Shown piece after piece: positions 27,456 to 36,340 of a stretch of DNA of 36,543 bases; positions within the stretch are counted from its first letter, which is position 1, and each line of letters begins with the position of its first letter. The stretch is from positions 3,676 through 40,218 of the forward strand of contig DOID01000023.1 in NCBI GenBank assembly GCA_003511465.1. The letters run 5' to 3'. The position numbers and the translations under genes are program-made. The notes beneath the pieces are model-generated. The model ran no database searches and was not told where the DNA came from. It saw only the letters and a program-made list of their open reading frames with translations. The DNA comes from Bacillota bacterium. GTDB lineage: Bacteria; Bacillota; UBA4882; UBA10575.

Positions 27456-28502
27456 ATGGAACTAATTGATTTACGAAGTGACACCGTAACTAAACCGACC
27501 AAAGAGATGCGCCAGGCGATGGCCAATGCGGAAGTGGGTGATGATGTTTATGGTGAAGATCCCACCACCCGAAAGCTGGAAGTCATCGCTGCAGAAATGA
27601 TCGGAAAAGAAGACACCCTTTTCGTCGCTAGCGGAACCATGGGCAATCAAGTAGCAGCATTAACCCACCTTCAACGGGGGGAAGAGGTGATTTTAGAGGC
27701 CGAATCCCATATGTTTTATTATGAAGCCGGGGGACTAGCCCTCTTATCCGCAGCGCAAACCCGAACGATCCCGGGAAAGAGGGGTTTTATGGACCCGGAC
27801 CTCATTGCACAGGCGATCAGAGCTGATGATCTGCATTTCCCACGCACCGGATTACTTTGCCTAGAAAATACCCATAACCGGGCTGGCGGGGCTGTAATTA
27901 CGCCGGAACAGACAACATTAATGGCAAAGGTTGCTCAGGAACGAGGGATCCCGGTCCACCTTGACGGCGCGCGGGTTTTTAATGCGGCTTTAGCTTTAGG
28001 TATTGATGTTCGGGAGTTAACCGCACCGGTGGATTCGGTCATGTTCTGTCTCTCGAAAGGGTTAGGCGCTCCAGTCGGTTCTTTACTGGCCGGGACGAAA
28101 AAGTTCATCGCAAAAGCAAGGAAAAACCGGAAAATACTGGGCGGGGGGCTAAGGCAAGCAGGGATTATCGCCGCCGCCGGTATTATCGCCCTAGAAAAAA
28201 TGGTCGGTCGTTTGGCTGAGGATCACTATCATGCTCGCATCCTCCGGGAAGAACTGGTGAAGCTACCGGGACTGACGATTAATCCTGACCGCTATCCGAC
28301 CAATATTCTCATTTGTTCGGTGGCGAAAACGGGAATTAGCGCAAAGCGCTTCTCCCAGCTATTGGCAGAGCGCGGCGTTCTAGCCAACCCCACCTCCACC
28401 TCGGAAATCCGTTTTGTCACCCACAAAGACGTGACAGAAGCACAGATCAAAACAACCGGAAAAATTATCAACCAAATTATCATGGAGAACACTCAGCATT
28501 GA
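27456..28502 (+). CDS. ltaE: Low-specificity L-threonine aldolase
   Basis: DLRSDTVT, GDDVYGEDPT, SGTMGNQ, LENTHN, HLDGAR, CLSKGLGAPVG (PLP lysine). Confidence 0.95.
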   Translation: MELIDLRSDTVTKPTKEMRQAMANAEVGDDVYGEDPTTRKLEVIAAEMIGKEDTLFVASGTMGNQVAALTHLQRGEEVILEAESHMFYYEAGGLALLSAAQTRTIPGKRGFMDPDLIAQAIRADDLHFPRTGLLCLENTHNRAGGAVITPEQTTLMAKVAQERGIPVHLDGARVFNAALALGIDVRELTAPVDSVMFCLSKGLGAPVGSLLAGTKKFIAKARKNRKILGGGLRQAGIIAAAGIIALEKMVGRLAEDHYHARILREELVKLPGLTINPDRYPTNILICSVAKTGISAKRFSQLLAERGVLANPTSTSEIRFVTHKDVTEAQIKTTGKIINQIIMENTQH

Positions 28503-28528
28503 CATAGGTTAAGACTGCAGGATATAAT
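28499..28528 (+). promoter_or_regulatory. Sigma-A promoter of hydrogenase genes
   Basis: TTGACA-N18-TATAAT. Confidence 0.75.
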
Positions 28529-28665
28529 TTGTATAATAAGGACTTGACTAAAAGCACTTTTAAAATGGGCTTTTTGTGTTGTCATTTGGTTTGCGGCACC
28601 CAAAAAGCCTTAAATACACGTGGATTGTGATATTTGGAACAAACTGATTAAAGGAGGGTAAGTTC

Positions 28666-29028
28666 GTGAAATCATTAGAGGATCTAATCAAACTTCGGGA
28701 CCAAGCCCGACAAATGACTGCGCTGCGTGAAGAGAACGCACAGACCAAAGTAATTATCGGGATGGGAACCTGCGGGATTGCCGCCGGTGCCCGCGAGACG
28801 ATGAAAGCCATTCTTGAAGAAATCAGTAAACAAAACCTTTCTGGTATTGCGGTTACGCAAACTGGCTGTATGGGGCTTTGCGAACAAGAGCCCATTGTTG
28901 AAGTGGAAATCGCCGGCCAACCCCGGAGCATTTATGGAAAAATCTCTCCGGACAAGGCGCGACAGATCGTATCAAAACATCTAGTGAATAATAACATTAT
29001 CGATGAATGGATCATCGGGAGAAAGTAG
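28666..29028 (+). CDS. Thioredoxin-like (2Fe-2S) ferredoxin, HndB-type hydrogenase subunit
   Basis: GMGTCGIAAGAR and TGCMGLCEQEP motifs; AAGGAGG RBS, GTG start; adjacent to hydrogenase. Confidence 0.9.
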   Translation: MKSLEDLIKLRDQARQMTALREENAQTKVIIGMGTCGIAAGARETMKAILEEISKQNLSGIAVTQTGCMGLCEQEPIVEVEIAGQPRSIYGKISPDKARQIVSKHLVNNNIIDEWIIGRK

Positions 29029-29038
29029 TCGCTCACGC
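29024..29038. repeat. 15-bp remnant of the left end of the structured repeat
   Basis: AGTAGTCGCTCACGC is identical to 22449-22463 and overlaps the ferredoxin TAG stop. Confidence 0.6.
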
Positions 29039-29086
29039 CGACAATCAGAAGCGGTTTAGATAATTGTTGAAAGGAAGTGCAGAACC

Positions 29087-30829
29087 ATGGAGATGGTGAA
29101 GGTGACTGTGGATGGTCAAAACGTCGAGGTGCCAAAGGACAGTACGATCCTGGACGCAGCAAAAAAAGTCGGGATTAATATTCCCACCCTCTGCTACCAT
29201 GAAGATTTAAACGTCAAAGCCATGTGTCGGCTTTGTGTGGTGGAAGTTGTGGGCGCGAGAACGCTTCAAGCTGCTTGTTCCCAACCGGTTAGCGCTGGGA
29301 TGAAGATCATTACGAATTCTCCCGCCGTACGTCAGGCGAGAAAAATGAATTTAGAACTTTTACTCTCCAATCACCCTGATGACTGTTTAAATTGTGTCCG
29401 TAACCAACGTTGCGAATTACAATCCTTAGCTGACCAGTTAGGGATCGGTGAGCAACGTTTCGGCTCGTTAACCAAACCCAATTACCCAAAAGATGAATCC
29501 ACCGCTGCTTTAGTCCGGGATCCTGACAAGTGTATCCTCTGTCGTCGGTGCGTGGAGGTTTGCCATGAGGTGCAAAGCGTAGGGGCGATCGCTCCGGCTA
29601 ACCGTGGGATTAACACGCAGATTCTTCCGGCCGGTGGGGTTGACCTGGGTGATGTGTCCTGTGTGCAATGTGGCCAGTGCGCGCTGGTCTGTCCGGTGGG
29701 GGCCATCTACGAACAAGATCACACAGAACGGGTTTGGTCCGCTTTGGCTGATCCTGAAAAGCATGTGGTCGTACAAACCGCACCCGCAATTCGGGTCTCC
29801 ATTGGCGAAGAGTTTGGTCTGGAACCTGGTCAGGTAACCACAGGTAAACTGGTCGCCGCGCTCCGACGTTTGGGGTTTGACCGCGTGTTTGATACTGATT
29901 TTACCGCTGATTTAACGATCATTGAGGAAGGCCATGAATTGCTCGAACGTTTAAGCAGTGGTGGCACTTTACCAATGATTACCTCTTGTAGTCCGGGTTG
30001 GATTAAGTATATCGAGCATTTTTACCCCGAATATTTAGCCCATCTTTCGACTTGTAAATCGCCCCAACAGATGTTTGGCGCGGTGGCGAAAACCTATTAT
30101 GCGGAGAAAACGGGCCTTGATCCGAAAGATATTTATGTCGTCTCGATTATGCCTTGTACCGCAAAGAAATTTGAATGTGGCCGTCCGGAAATGGACGCGG
30201 CCGGTTATCCTGATGTTGATGCCGCCTTAACCACCCGGGAGTTGGGGAAAATGCTGCGCCAGGCTGGGATCGACTTTAAAGCCCTCCCCGAAGAAGAGTA
30301 CGATGATCCCTTCGGGATTACCACCGGTGCCGGAGTGATCTTCGGGGCTAGTGGTGGTGTGATGGAAGCCGCGCTCCGCACCGTCTACGAAGTAGTCACG
30401 AAAGAGACCCTTCCTTCCCTCGACTTTACCGCCGTTCGTGGCATTGAGGGGATCAAAGAAGCTGAAGTTGATCTAAAAGGGACGAAAGTAAAAGTTGCCG
30501 TGGCTAATGGGTTAGGTAACGCCAAAAAAATGATGGATCTGATTAAAGAAGGAAAAGCTGACTACCAATTCATCGAGATCATGTGCTGTCCCGGTGGGTG
30601 TATCGGTGGGGGAGGACAACCAATCCCAACGACCAATGCAATCCGGCAAAAACGCATCGATGCTATCTATCAGGCCGATGCCGGGTTACCCTTGCGGAAA
30701 TCTCACGAGAATCCGGCGGTCAAGACCCTTTACGAAGAATTCTTAGGCCAACCGTTGGGGGAGAAGAGCCATCATTTACTCCATACCCATTATACAAAAC
30801 GCGAAAAATATCCGGAAGCAACAGCTTGA
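29087..30829 (+). CDS. [FeFe] hydrogenase catalytic subunit, group A (HydA/HndD-type)
   Basis: N-terminal 2Fe-2S, His-ligated 4Fe-4S (H..DC..C..C), 2x4Fe-4S; H-cluster motifs TSCSPGW, MPCTAKKFE, EIMCCPGGCIGGGGQP; small-subunit tail HHLLHT. Confidence 0.97.
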   Translation: MEMVKVTVDGQNVEVPKDSTILDAAKKVGINIPTLCYHEDLNVKAMCRLCVVEVVGARTLQAACSQPVSAGMKIITNSPAVRQARKMNLELLLSNHPDDCLNCVRNQRCELQSLADQLGIGEQRFGSLTKPNYPKDESTAALVRDPDKCILCRRCVEVCHEVQSVGAIAPANRGINTQILPAGGVDLGDVSCVQCGQCALVCPVGAIYEQDHTERVWSALADPEKHVVVQTAPAIRVSIGEEFGLEPGQVTTGKLVAALRRLGFDRVFDTDFTADLTIIEEGHELLERLSSGGTLPMITSCSPGWIKYIEHFYPEYLAHLSTCKSPQQMFGAVAKTYYAEKTGLDPKDIYVVSIMPCTAKKFECGRPEMDAAGYPDVDAALTTRELGKMLRQAGIDFKALPEEEYDDPFGITTGAGVIFGASGGVMEAALRTVYEVVTKETLPSLDFTAVRGIEGIKEAEVDLKGTKVKVAVANGLGNAKKMMDLIKEGKADYQFIEIMCCPGGCIGGGGQPIPTTNAIRQKRIDAIYQADAGLPLRKSHENPAVKTLYEEFLGQPLGEKSHHLLHTHYTKREKYPEATA

Positions 30830-30854
30830 CTTATTTCAAGTTTTGTGTTATGAT
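30826..30854 (+). promoter_or_regulatory. Sigma-A promoter of tRNA-Val
   Basis: TTGACT-N17-TATGAT with extended -10 TG; -35 overlaps hydrogenase stop codon. Confidence 0.75.
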
Positions 30855-30866
30855 TAATTTTGCTTT

Positions 30867-30943
30867 GGGGGGGTAGCCCAGCTGGTTAGAGCGCTACGTT
30901 GACATCGTAGAGGTCAGCGGTTCGAGTCCGCTCCTCCCCACCA
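30867..30943 (+). tRNA. tRNA-Val (anticodon GAC)
   Basis: 77-nt cloverleaf; acceptor GGGGGGG/CCTCCCC, anticodon arm CTACG-ttGACat-CGTAG, GGTTCGAGTCC T-arm, encoded CCA. Confidence 0.97.
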
Positions 30944-30953
30944 TCTCAAAAAC

Positions 30954-30984
30954 AAGGCAGGATTATCCTGCCTTTTCCTTTTTT
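30954..30984 (+). terminator. Intrinsic terminator after tRNA
   Basis: AAGGCAGGA...TCCTGCCTT hairpin plus T-rich tail. Confidence 0.8.
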
Positions 30985-31052
30985 AAGTTGCTTATCCCGA
31001 CCAACTTTCAAAATATCCCGCTTTTAGAATTATTTTTGGGACGGTTAAGTAC

Positions 31053-31081
31053 TTGTAAACCCGTAAGGCTTATGCTATAAT
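31053..31081 (+). promoter_or_regulatory. Sigma-A promoter of yqzL-pheST
   Basis: TTGTAA-N17-TATAAT with extended -10 TG. Confidence 0.75.
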
Positions 31082-31133
31082 GAGAATTAATGGCGGGCAG
31101 TTTCGACCAGAATAATGGAAGGGGAGGGGTTTT

Positions 31134-31229
31134 ATGATCCTTTCCGCAGAGTTTTTCTGGAAACTTTTTGAGATTACCGGGTCGATCACAGCCTATTTGT
31201 TATATAAGGAGTTTATTAATCTCAATTAA
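31134..31229 (+). CDS. yqzL: YqzL-family small protein (31 aa, below ORF-track cutoff)
   Basis: MILSAEFFWKLFEITGSITAYLLYKEFINLN with the W..F..TG....YLL.K family pattern; GGGGAGG RBS. Confidence 0.8.
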   Translation: MILSAEFFWKLFEITGSITAYLLYKEFINLN

Positions 31230-31231
31230 TG

Positions 31232-31497
31232 GAAAGACGAGGAAAGAAAGAGTAACCGCAAAGAACGGCACAGGGAGGAATGGCTAATTGAGAACATTCC
31301 CCGGGAAGGCGGTTGATGTTCGTTCTGGAGTTGCTGGCTGAACAGATAGTAGGCTATGCCGGTTTCCACCGTTATCGGAATTGATCTTTGCTTGGCAAAG
31401 ATCCAGCAAGCGGAGTCTGTTTTGACTAAAATGGGTGGTACCGCGGAAGTAACCTTTCGTCCCAATCTAAGGACGGGAGGTTTTTGTTTTTTCTTTT
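31232..31497 (+). promoter_or_regulatory. T-box leader (Phe) of pheST
   Basis: AGTA/GAG stem-I motifs, probable UUC specifier near 31319-31321, AGTA and CCGTTA stem-II motifs, T-box AAATGGGTGGTACCGCGG (31429-31446), terminator CCTTTCGTCC..GGACGGGAGG plus T-run. Confidence 0.92.
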
Positions 31498-31521
31498 AAC
31501 GTTAGAAAGGAGGTCAATATA

Positions 31522-32547
31522 ATGCAAGCTGAGCTTAGCGCCATTCAAGAACAAGCCATACAGGAAATCCAGGGCGCAACTTCTTCACCGGATCTGGAAG
31601 AGCTTCGGCTCAAGTATTTCGGCAAGAAAGGGGTGGTTACTCAGTACTCACGGAAACTGGGCACCCTTTCTGCTGAAGAGCGCCCGGTCGTCGGTAAAAT
31701 GATTAATACCCTCCGTGACCATTTGGAGGAGGTTCTAAAGACACGGGGACAAGAGTTAGCCCGGGTGGAGGAGGAGGCCAAATTCGAGCGGGAAAGGTTA
31801 GATGTGGAGCTTCCCGGACGACAACCCCGTCGGGGTCATCCCCATCCGCTCCAATTGATTATCCAGGAAATCACCATGACCTTTTTGGGGATGGGCTTCT
31901 CGGTGGCGGAAGGTCCCGAGGTTGAATTGGATTTTTATAATTTTGAAGCCCTGAACATTCCAGCGGAACACCCAGCCCGGGAAATGCATGATTCTTTGTA
32001 CATTACCGAAAATACCCTTTTACGTACCCATACGTCTCCCGTGCAAATCAGGACAATGGAAAAACTCAATCCCAATCCGGTACGGATCATTGTCCCCGGA
32101 CGCGTATATCGGCGCGATGCCTTGGATGCTACCCATTCTCCGATTTTTCACCAAATTGAAGGTCTGCTGGTGGATAAGGATATTACCTTTGGTGATTTAA
32201 AAGGGGTCTTGACCGTCTTTATCCGCAAATTTTTCGGCGCGGACCGTGAGGTTCGGCTGCGCCCCAGTTTTTTCCCGTTCACTGAACCCAGTACGGAAGT
32301 TGACGTTTCCTGTGTTTGTCAAGGCCAGGGATGCCGCATCTGCAAAAATACCGGTTGGATCGAGATCCTCGGTGCCGGTTCCGTACACCCGAAAGTCCTC
32401 GCGATGGCGAAATATGATCCAGAGGTCTACTCTGGTTTTGCCTTTGGCATGGGCGTTGAACGCATCGCCATGCTCCGCTATGGAATTACCGACATTCGCC
32501 ATTTTTACGAGAATGACTTTCGTTTTCTCAGTCAATTTTGTCTGTAA
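31522..32547 (+). CDS. pheS: Phenylalanine--tRNA ligase alpha subunit
   Basis: HPAREMHD, LLRTHTSPVQIR, DATHSPIFHQIEG, FPFTEPS, GFAFGMGVER. Confidence 0.98.
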   Translation: MQAELSAIQEQAIQEIQGATSSPDLEELRLKYFGKKGVVTQYSRKLGTLSAEERPVVGKMINTLRDHLEEVLKTRGQELARVEEEAKFERERLDVELPGRQPRRGHPHPLQLIIQEITMTFLGMGFSVAEGPEVELDFYNFEALNIPAEHPAREMHDSLYITENTLLRTHTSPVQIRTMEKLNPNPVRIIVPGRVYRRDALDATHSPIFHQIEGLLVDKDITFGDLKGVLTVFIRKFFGADREVRLRPSFFPFTEPSTEVDVSCVCQGQGCRICKNTGWIEILGAGSVHPKVLAMAKYDPEVYSGFAFGMGVERIAMLRYGITDIRHFYENDFRFLSQFCL

Positions 32548-32561
32548 GGAGGGAATAAAGA

Positions 32562-34970
32562 TTGCGTGTTTCCTATAACTGGTTACGAGAATACGTTCCG
32601 CTGGAGCAAAGTCCGACGGAATTAGCAGAATTGCTTACCATGGCTGGTCTGGAAATAGAGGAGATTATTGACTTAGGAGCAGCCTACCGCGGTCTTAAAC
32701 TGGGACAGATCGCCGAAATTTCGCACCATCCCCAGGCCGACAAGTTATCCCTTTGCCGCGTCCGGTTGAGCGATGGGGAAGTGACGGTGATTACCGCCGC
32801 GAAAAACCTTAAAGTCGGGGATATCGTTCCACTGGCCCTTCCCGGCACCATTTTACCGGAGGGGAAAAAGATTGAGCCCACCGAATTCTTTGGCGTTGTC
32901 TCCCAGGGGATGTTGTGCTCGGAAGAGGAATTAGGGCTCGCCCGCAAGTCGGAAGGAATTATGGTGTTACCCGCCGGTACCGACTTGAAGGCCGATCTCC
33001 CGACGGTTTTGGGTTTAGACGATCAGGTTTTAGTTTTAGAGTTAACGCCCAACCGGGCTGATTGTTACGGAATGTTGAACATCGCCCACGAAGTTGCCGC
33101 TTTAACTGGTGCAAAAGTTAAATTACCGGACGCTCCCATCCAAGAAGATCACAAGTCCATCCACGATCTGGTCACCGTCGAGGTGATCGATGCCGATTTG
33201 GCGCCCCGTTATGCCGGTCGAATTCTTCTCAATGTCAAAATAGGGGAGTCGCCTTTATGGCTAAAAACCCGCCTCCTCGCGGCCGGGATGCGTCCCATCA
33301 ATAATCTGGTAGATTTGACCAATTACGTGATGTTAGAGTTTAACCAACCGTTACATGCCTTTGACCTTAACCAGATGCAAGACCGGAAGATTGTGGTCCG
33401 GTCCGCCCAAGAAAATGAAGTCATCAAGACCCTGGACGGCGAAGAAAGAAAACTCCGTCCCGGTCAATTAGTCATTGCCGATGCTGATCGCGCTCAGTGT
33501 ATTGCCGGGGTGATGGGCGCTTTCAACAGTGAAGTGACTGCGGCGACTGATACTATTTTCTTAGAATCTGCCTATTTTTCACCGGTAGCCATTAGGCGAA
33601 CCGCCCAAGAGCTGGCGATCCGTTCCGAAGCGGCCATCCGTTTCGGTAAGGGCTTAGATCCACAGACGGTACCGGCGGCTTTAGACCGGATGGCGTCCCT
33701 CGCGCAGCAACTAAAAGTCGCGCAGGTAGCAAAAGGGGTCATCGATCAAAATTACCAACCGACGGTTGCCCGGAAAATTCGTTTCCGACCGGAAAAGATC
33801 AATGCCTTACTCGGAACGAACCTTGAAACTCCATATCTAAAAGAGATTTTTCAACGGCTTAACTTCCAAACGGAAGAGTCTGGTGAAGGGACAACCCACT
33901 TAATTCCACCCTCTTACCGCTTGGATATTGAAAACGAAGCCGATTTAGCGGAAGAGGCTGCCCGGATTTACGGCTATAATCAGATCCCGGCTACCTACCC
34001 GGCTGCCCAAATCATCGGAGCGCTCACTCCGGAGCAAGAATTCACCGAACAAGCCCGCCGTATCCTCCTGGGACTTGGGTTAAGCGAGATTATTACCTAT
34101 AGTTTTCACGGCGAAAGGATGTTTGACCGTTTGAACATCCCAGAAGGTCACCAATTACGCCAGACCGTAAAGATGAAAGTACCCTTAAGTGAAGAGGGTT
34201 CGTTGCTGCGAACTACTTTACTATCAGGGGTCTTAGAAAGCTTAAACTACAACGCCAACCGGAATCTCCATGACCTCCAGGTCTTTGAGATTGCCCATGT
34301 TTATCAGCCTAAGGCCACAGCGGGAGCATTACCCGACGAGCCTTTAACCCTAGCCGGCGGCCTTAGTGGTCAGTTGTATGAAACAGGGTGGAATCAAACC
34401 AATCGGGAAGTGGACTTTTACGATGGAAAAGGGATCCTCGAAACCCTCCTCAGACACTTACGGGTTCAAGACGTCCGTTTTATCCCGGGCAAGCACCCGA
34501 CCATGCACCCGGGGCGAACCGGGGTAATTACCGCTGCCGGAAACAAGGTGGGTTACATCGGGGAGATCCATCCAACCGTGAAAAAAGAGTTTAACCTGAC
34601 GGCACCGGTCATCTTGTTTGAGCTTAATCTGGAAGCACTCTGGCCTGCGGTGGAGAAAGAAGTATTCCGTGTTGTTCCTTTACCCAAATTTCCCCCGATT
34701 CTACGGGATTTAGCTTTTCTCTTGCCGGAAAAGGTGACAGTAGAAACCCTGACCGACCTCTTCCGTACCATTGGCGCAGAAAAACTGGAAGCAGTAAGCC
34801 TATTTGATGTCTATCAAGGGGACAAAATTCCGGCCGGCTTCCGAAGTATGGCTTTTTCCCTGACCTTCCGCATCCCCGACCGCACCCTACAAGACGAAGA
34901 AGTCAATACCATCATGGAGGAGATTGTCAAAGCCGCCACCGAGCGTTTCGGAGCGAAGCTCCGCGCTTAA
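32562..34970 (+). CDS. pheT: Phenylalanine--tRNA ligase beta subunit
   Basis: MRVSYNWL, HPQADKL, SQGMLCSEEELG, LTPNRAD, RPINNLVD, DLAEEAARIYGY, C-terminal FDX-ACB domain. Confidence 0.98.
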   Translation: MRVSYNWLREYVPLEQSPTELAELLTMAGLEIEEIIDLGAAYRGLKLGQIAEISHHPQADKLSLCRVRLSDGEVTVITAAKNLKVGDIVPLALPGTILPEGKKIEPTEFFGVVSQGMLCSEEELGLARKSEGIMVLPAGTDLKADLPTVLGLDDQVLVLELTPNRADCYGMLNIAHEVAALTGAKVKLPDAPIQEDHKSIHDLVTVEVIDADLAPRYAGRILLNVKIGESPLWLKTRLLAAGMRPINNLVDLTNYVMLEFNQPLHAFDLNQMQDRKIVVRSAQENEVIKTLDGEERKLRPGQLVIADADRAQCIAGVMGAFNSEVTAATDTIFLESAYFSPVAIRRTAQELAIRSEAAIRFGKGLDPQTVPAALDRMASLAQQLKVAQVAKGVIDQNYQPTVARKIRFRPEKINALLGTNLETPYLKEIFQRLNFQTEESGEGTTHLIPPSYRLDIENEADLAEEAARIYGYNQIPATYPAAQIIGALTPEQEFTEQARRILLGLGLSEIITYSFHGERMFDRLNIPEGHQLRQTVKMKVPLSEEGSLLRTTLLSGVLESLNYNANRNLHDLQVFEIAHVYQPKATAGALPDEPLTLAGGLSGQLYETGWNQTNREVDFYDGKGILETLLRHLRVQDVRFIPGKHPTMHPGRTGVITAAGNKVGYIGEIHPTVKKEFNLTAPVILFELNLEALWPAVEKEVFRVVPLPKFPPILRDLAFLLPEKVTVETLTDLFRTIGAEKLEAVSLFDVYQGDKIPAGFRSMAFSLTFRIPDRTLQDEEVNTIMEEIVKAATERFGAKLRA

Positions 34971-34988
34971 GCAATTTATATTTTAGAT

Positions 34989-35027
34989 AAAAAAAACCCA
35001 CGCTTTCTGACAAAGCGGGGGTTTTTT
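34989..35027 (+). terminator. Intrinsic (probably bidirectional) terminator after pheT
   Basis: A-run-CCCACGCTTT...AAAGCGGGGG-T-run. Confidence 0.8.
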
Positions 35028-35539
35028 CATTTCCAGCAGCGTTCGGGTCTTAGCTAAGGATATTTCATCTTACATTTCGCACTCTTTATCTCTCTCATTC
35101 AAATTTAGAAATTATACCGACATCCTCCCACTCAACCAAAAAAGATCCCCTGAAATTGGTCTTTTATTTAGTACAATCGAATAAGAGCCGATTATTTGGG
35201 AAAAAGCTTTAAATATAAAAAGTATTGGGATAGACACCGTGTTTCTAATTTTCACCACCAAACTTCAAAAACAATATATGGCAAAAACAATACCATTTAA
35301 GGTTTATTCGCCCATAGACAACCAATATTGCCAAATTTCTATGGAAACGAGGTTTTACAATTACGGAATAAAATGATAGATTTATACTTGCTAATTAATT
35401 GCCAAAAATGGTTAAAGGGGACGCATAATTGAAAAATAAGGTTTGCGCCTATTTTGTAATAGAGTGACTTAGGCTAGGGGGAAGAAGAACCAACCTACCT
35501 TAAAACTTAAAAGGACAAATATTGACGAGGGAGTTGAAT

Positions 35540-36079
35540 ATGACTAAATTCGGTCGTTGTCTAATGATATTTATCCTCACTTTAATATTGTTTATTATTA
35601 ATGTACAGGAGGTAAAGGCAGATTCATCTGGTTTTTTTTCATTCGGATATGGGGGAAAGGACAAAGCTTTTTCCTTATCGTTCGCAGGAAGGATAGATAG
35701 ACATTTTGGTCTTGAGGTGGGGCTTATTTTTTCAGGAGAGTTGAGCGGTCACCATTACAAATATCCCTGTCCTATACCCTACACTATAGTAGGGGAGAAA
35801 AAAGTTGAACCAGCTTGTGGAATTGACATGCTTGGAATTATTGATTTAACGGATAATATTACATTACATGGTGGGATTGGGATCTATAGACAAAAGTATG
35901 CGTTAGTTTCACGTTCGACTTCAGCTGCTAATTATTATTGGCAATCGACAGAGTACAAATACGATGGGGGGCTTTCAGTAGGAATCCAATTTACATCTGA
36001 TAAAGGTTTGTTAGGCTTAGGTTATCATCAACTTAGAGGCGTTAATATACAATTTGCTAGTTCTCTCAGTGATAAATAA
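35540..36079 (+). CDS. Secreted hypothetical protein, possible small outer-membrane beta-barrel
   Basis: ATG after GAGGGAG; signal peptide ending VKA; alternating Gly/hydrophobic strands (GFFSFGYG, FGLEVGLIF, ITLHGGIGIY, LSVGIQF, LLGLGYH). Confidence 0.6.
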   Translation: MTKFGRCLMIFILTLILFIINVQEVKADSSGFFSFGYGGKDKAFSLSFAGRIDRHFGLEVGLIFSGELSGHHYKYPCPIPYTIVGEKKVEPACGIDMLGIIDLTDNITLHGGIGIYRQKYALVSRSTSAANYYWQSTEYKYDGGLSVGIQFTSDKGLLGLGYHQLRGVNIQFASSLSDK

Positions 36080-36157
36080 GTTGGGGTAGTAGAAACCCTT
36101 GATGATATATTTGGGATGTTAAAGAAATAATCCGATTTTGAAAGGAATTGTCTCTTA

Positions 36158-36340
36158 ATGAAAAGGCTTATATTATTAATCTTTGTATTGATCCTGCTAT
36201 GCGGCATAATGGTTGTGGGGAAACAGTTTTACCCTCACGTAATTTTAAGGCGACCAAACTAGCCAATGAAACCAATGAAAATCTTAATGATATCTGGTAC
36301 AACTATAGCAAGTTTTGCGTAGTTGGCGATAATGGCGTGA
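36158..36340 (+). pseudogene. Probable frameshifted, IS-truncated secreted-protein gene
   Basis: AAAGGA RBS, ATG 36158, MKRLILLIFVLILLCGIMVVG signal-like peptide, stop at 36262; a -1 shift near 36248 continues KATKLANETNENLNDIWYNYSK.. up to the IS end. Confidence 0.4.

Noticed and set aside
30867-31050. tRNA-Val as an integration site
   Set aside because: No integrase or duplicated tRNA 3' end seen; core genes follow directly
35030-35520. 490-bp AT-rich intergenic stretch as CRISPR leader/array or sRNA
   Set aside because: No repeats, long hairpins or ORF found by eye; no cas genes in the window
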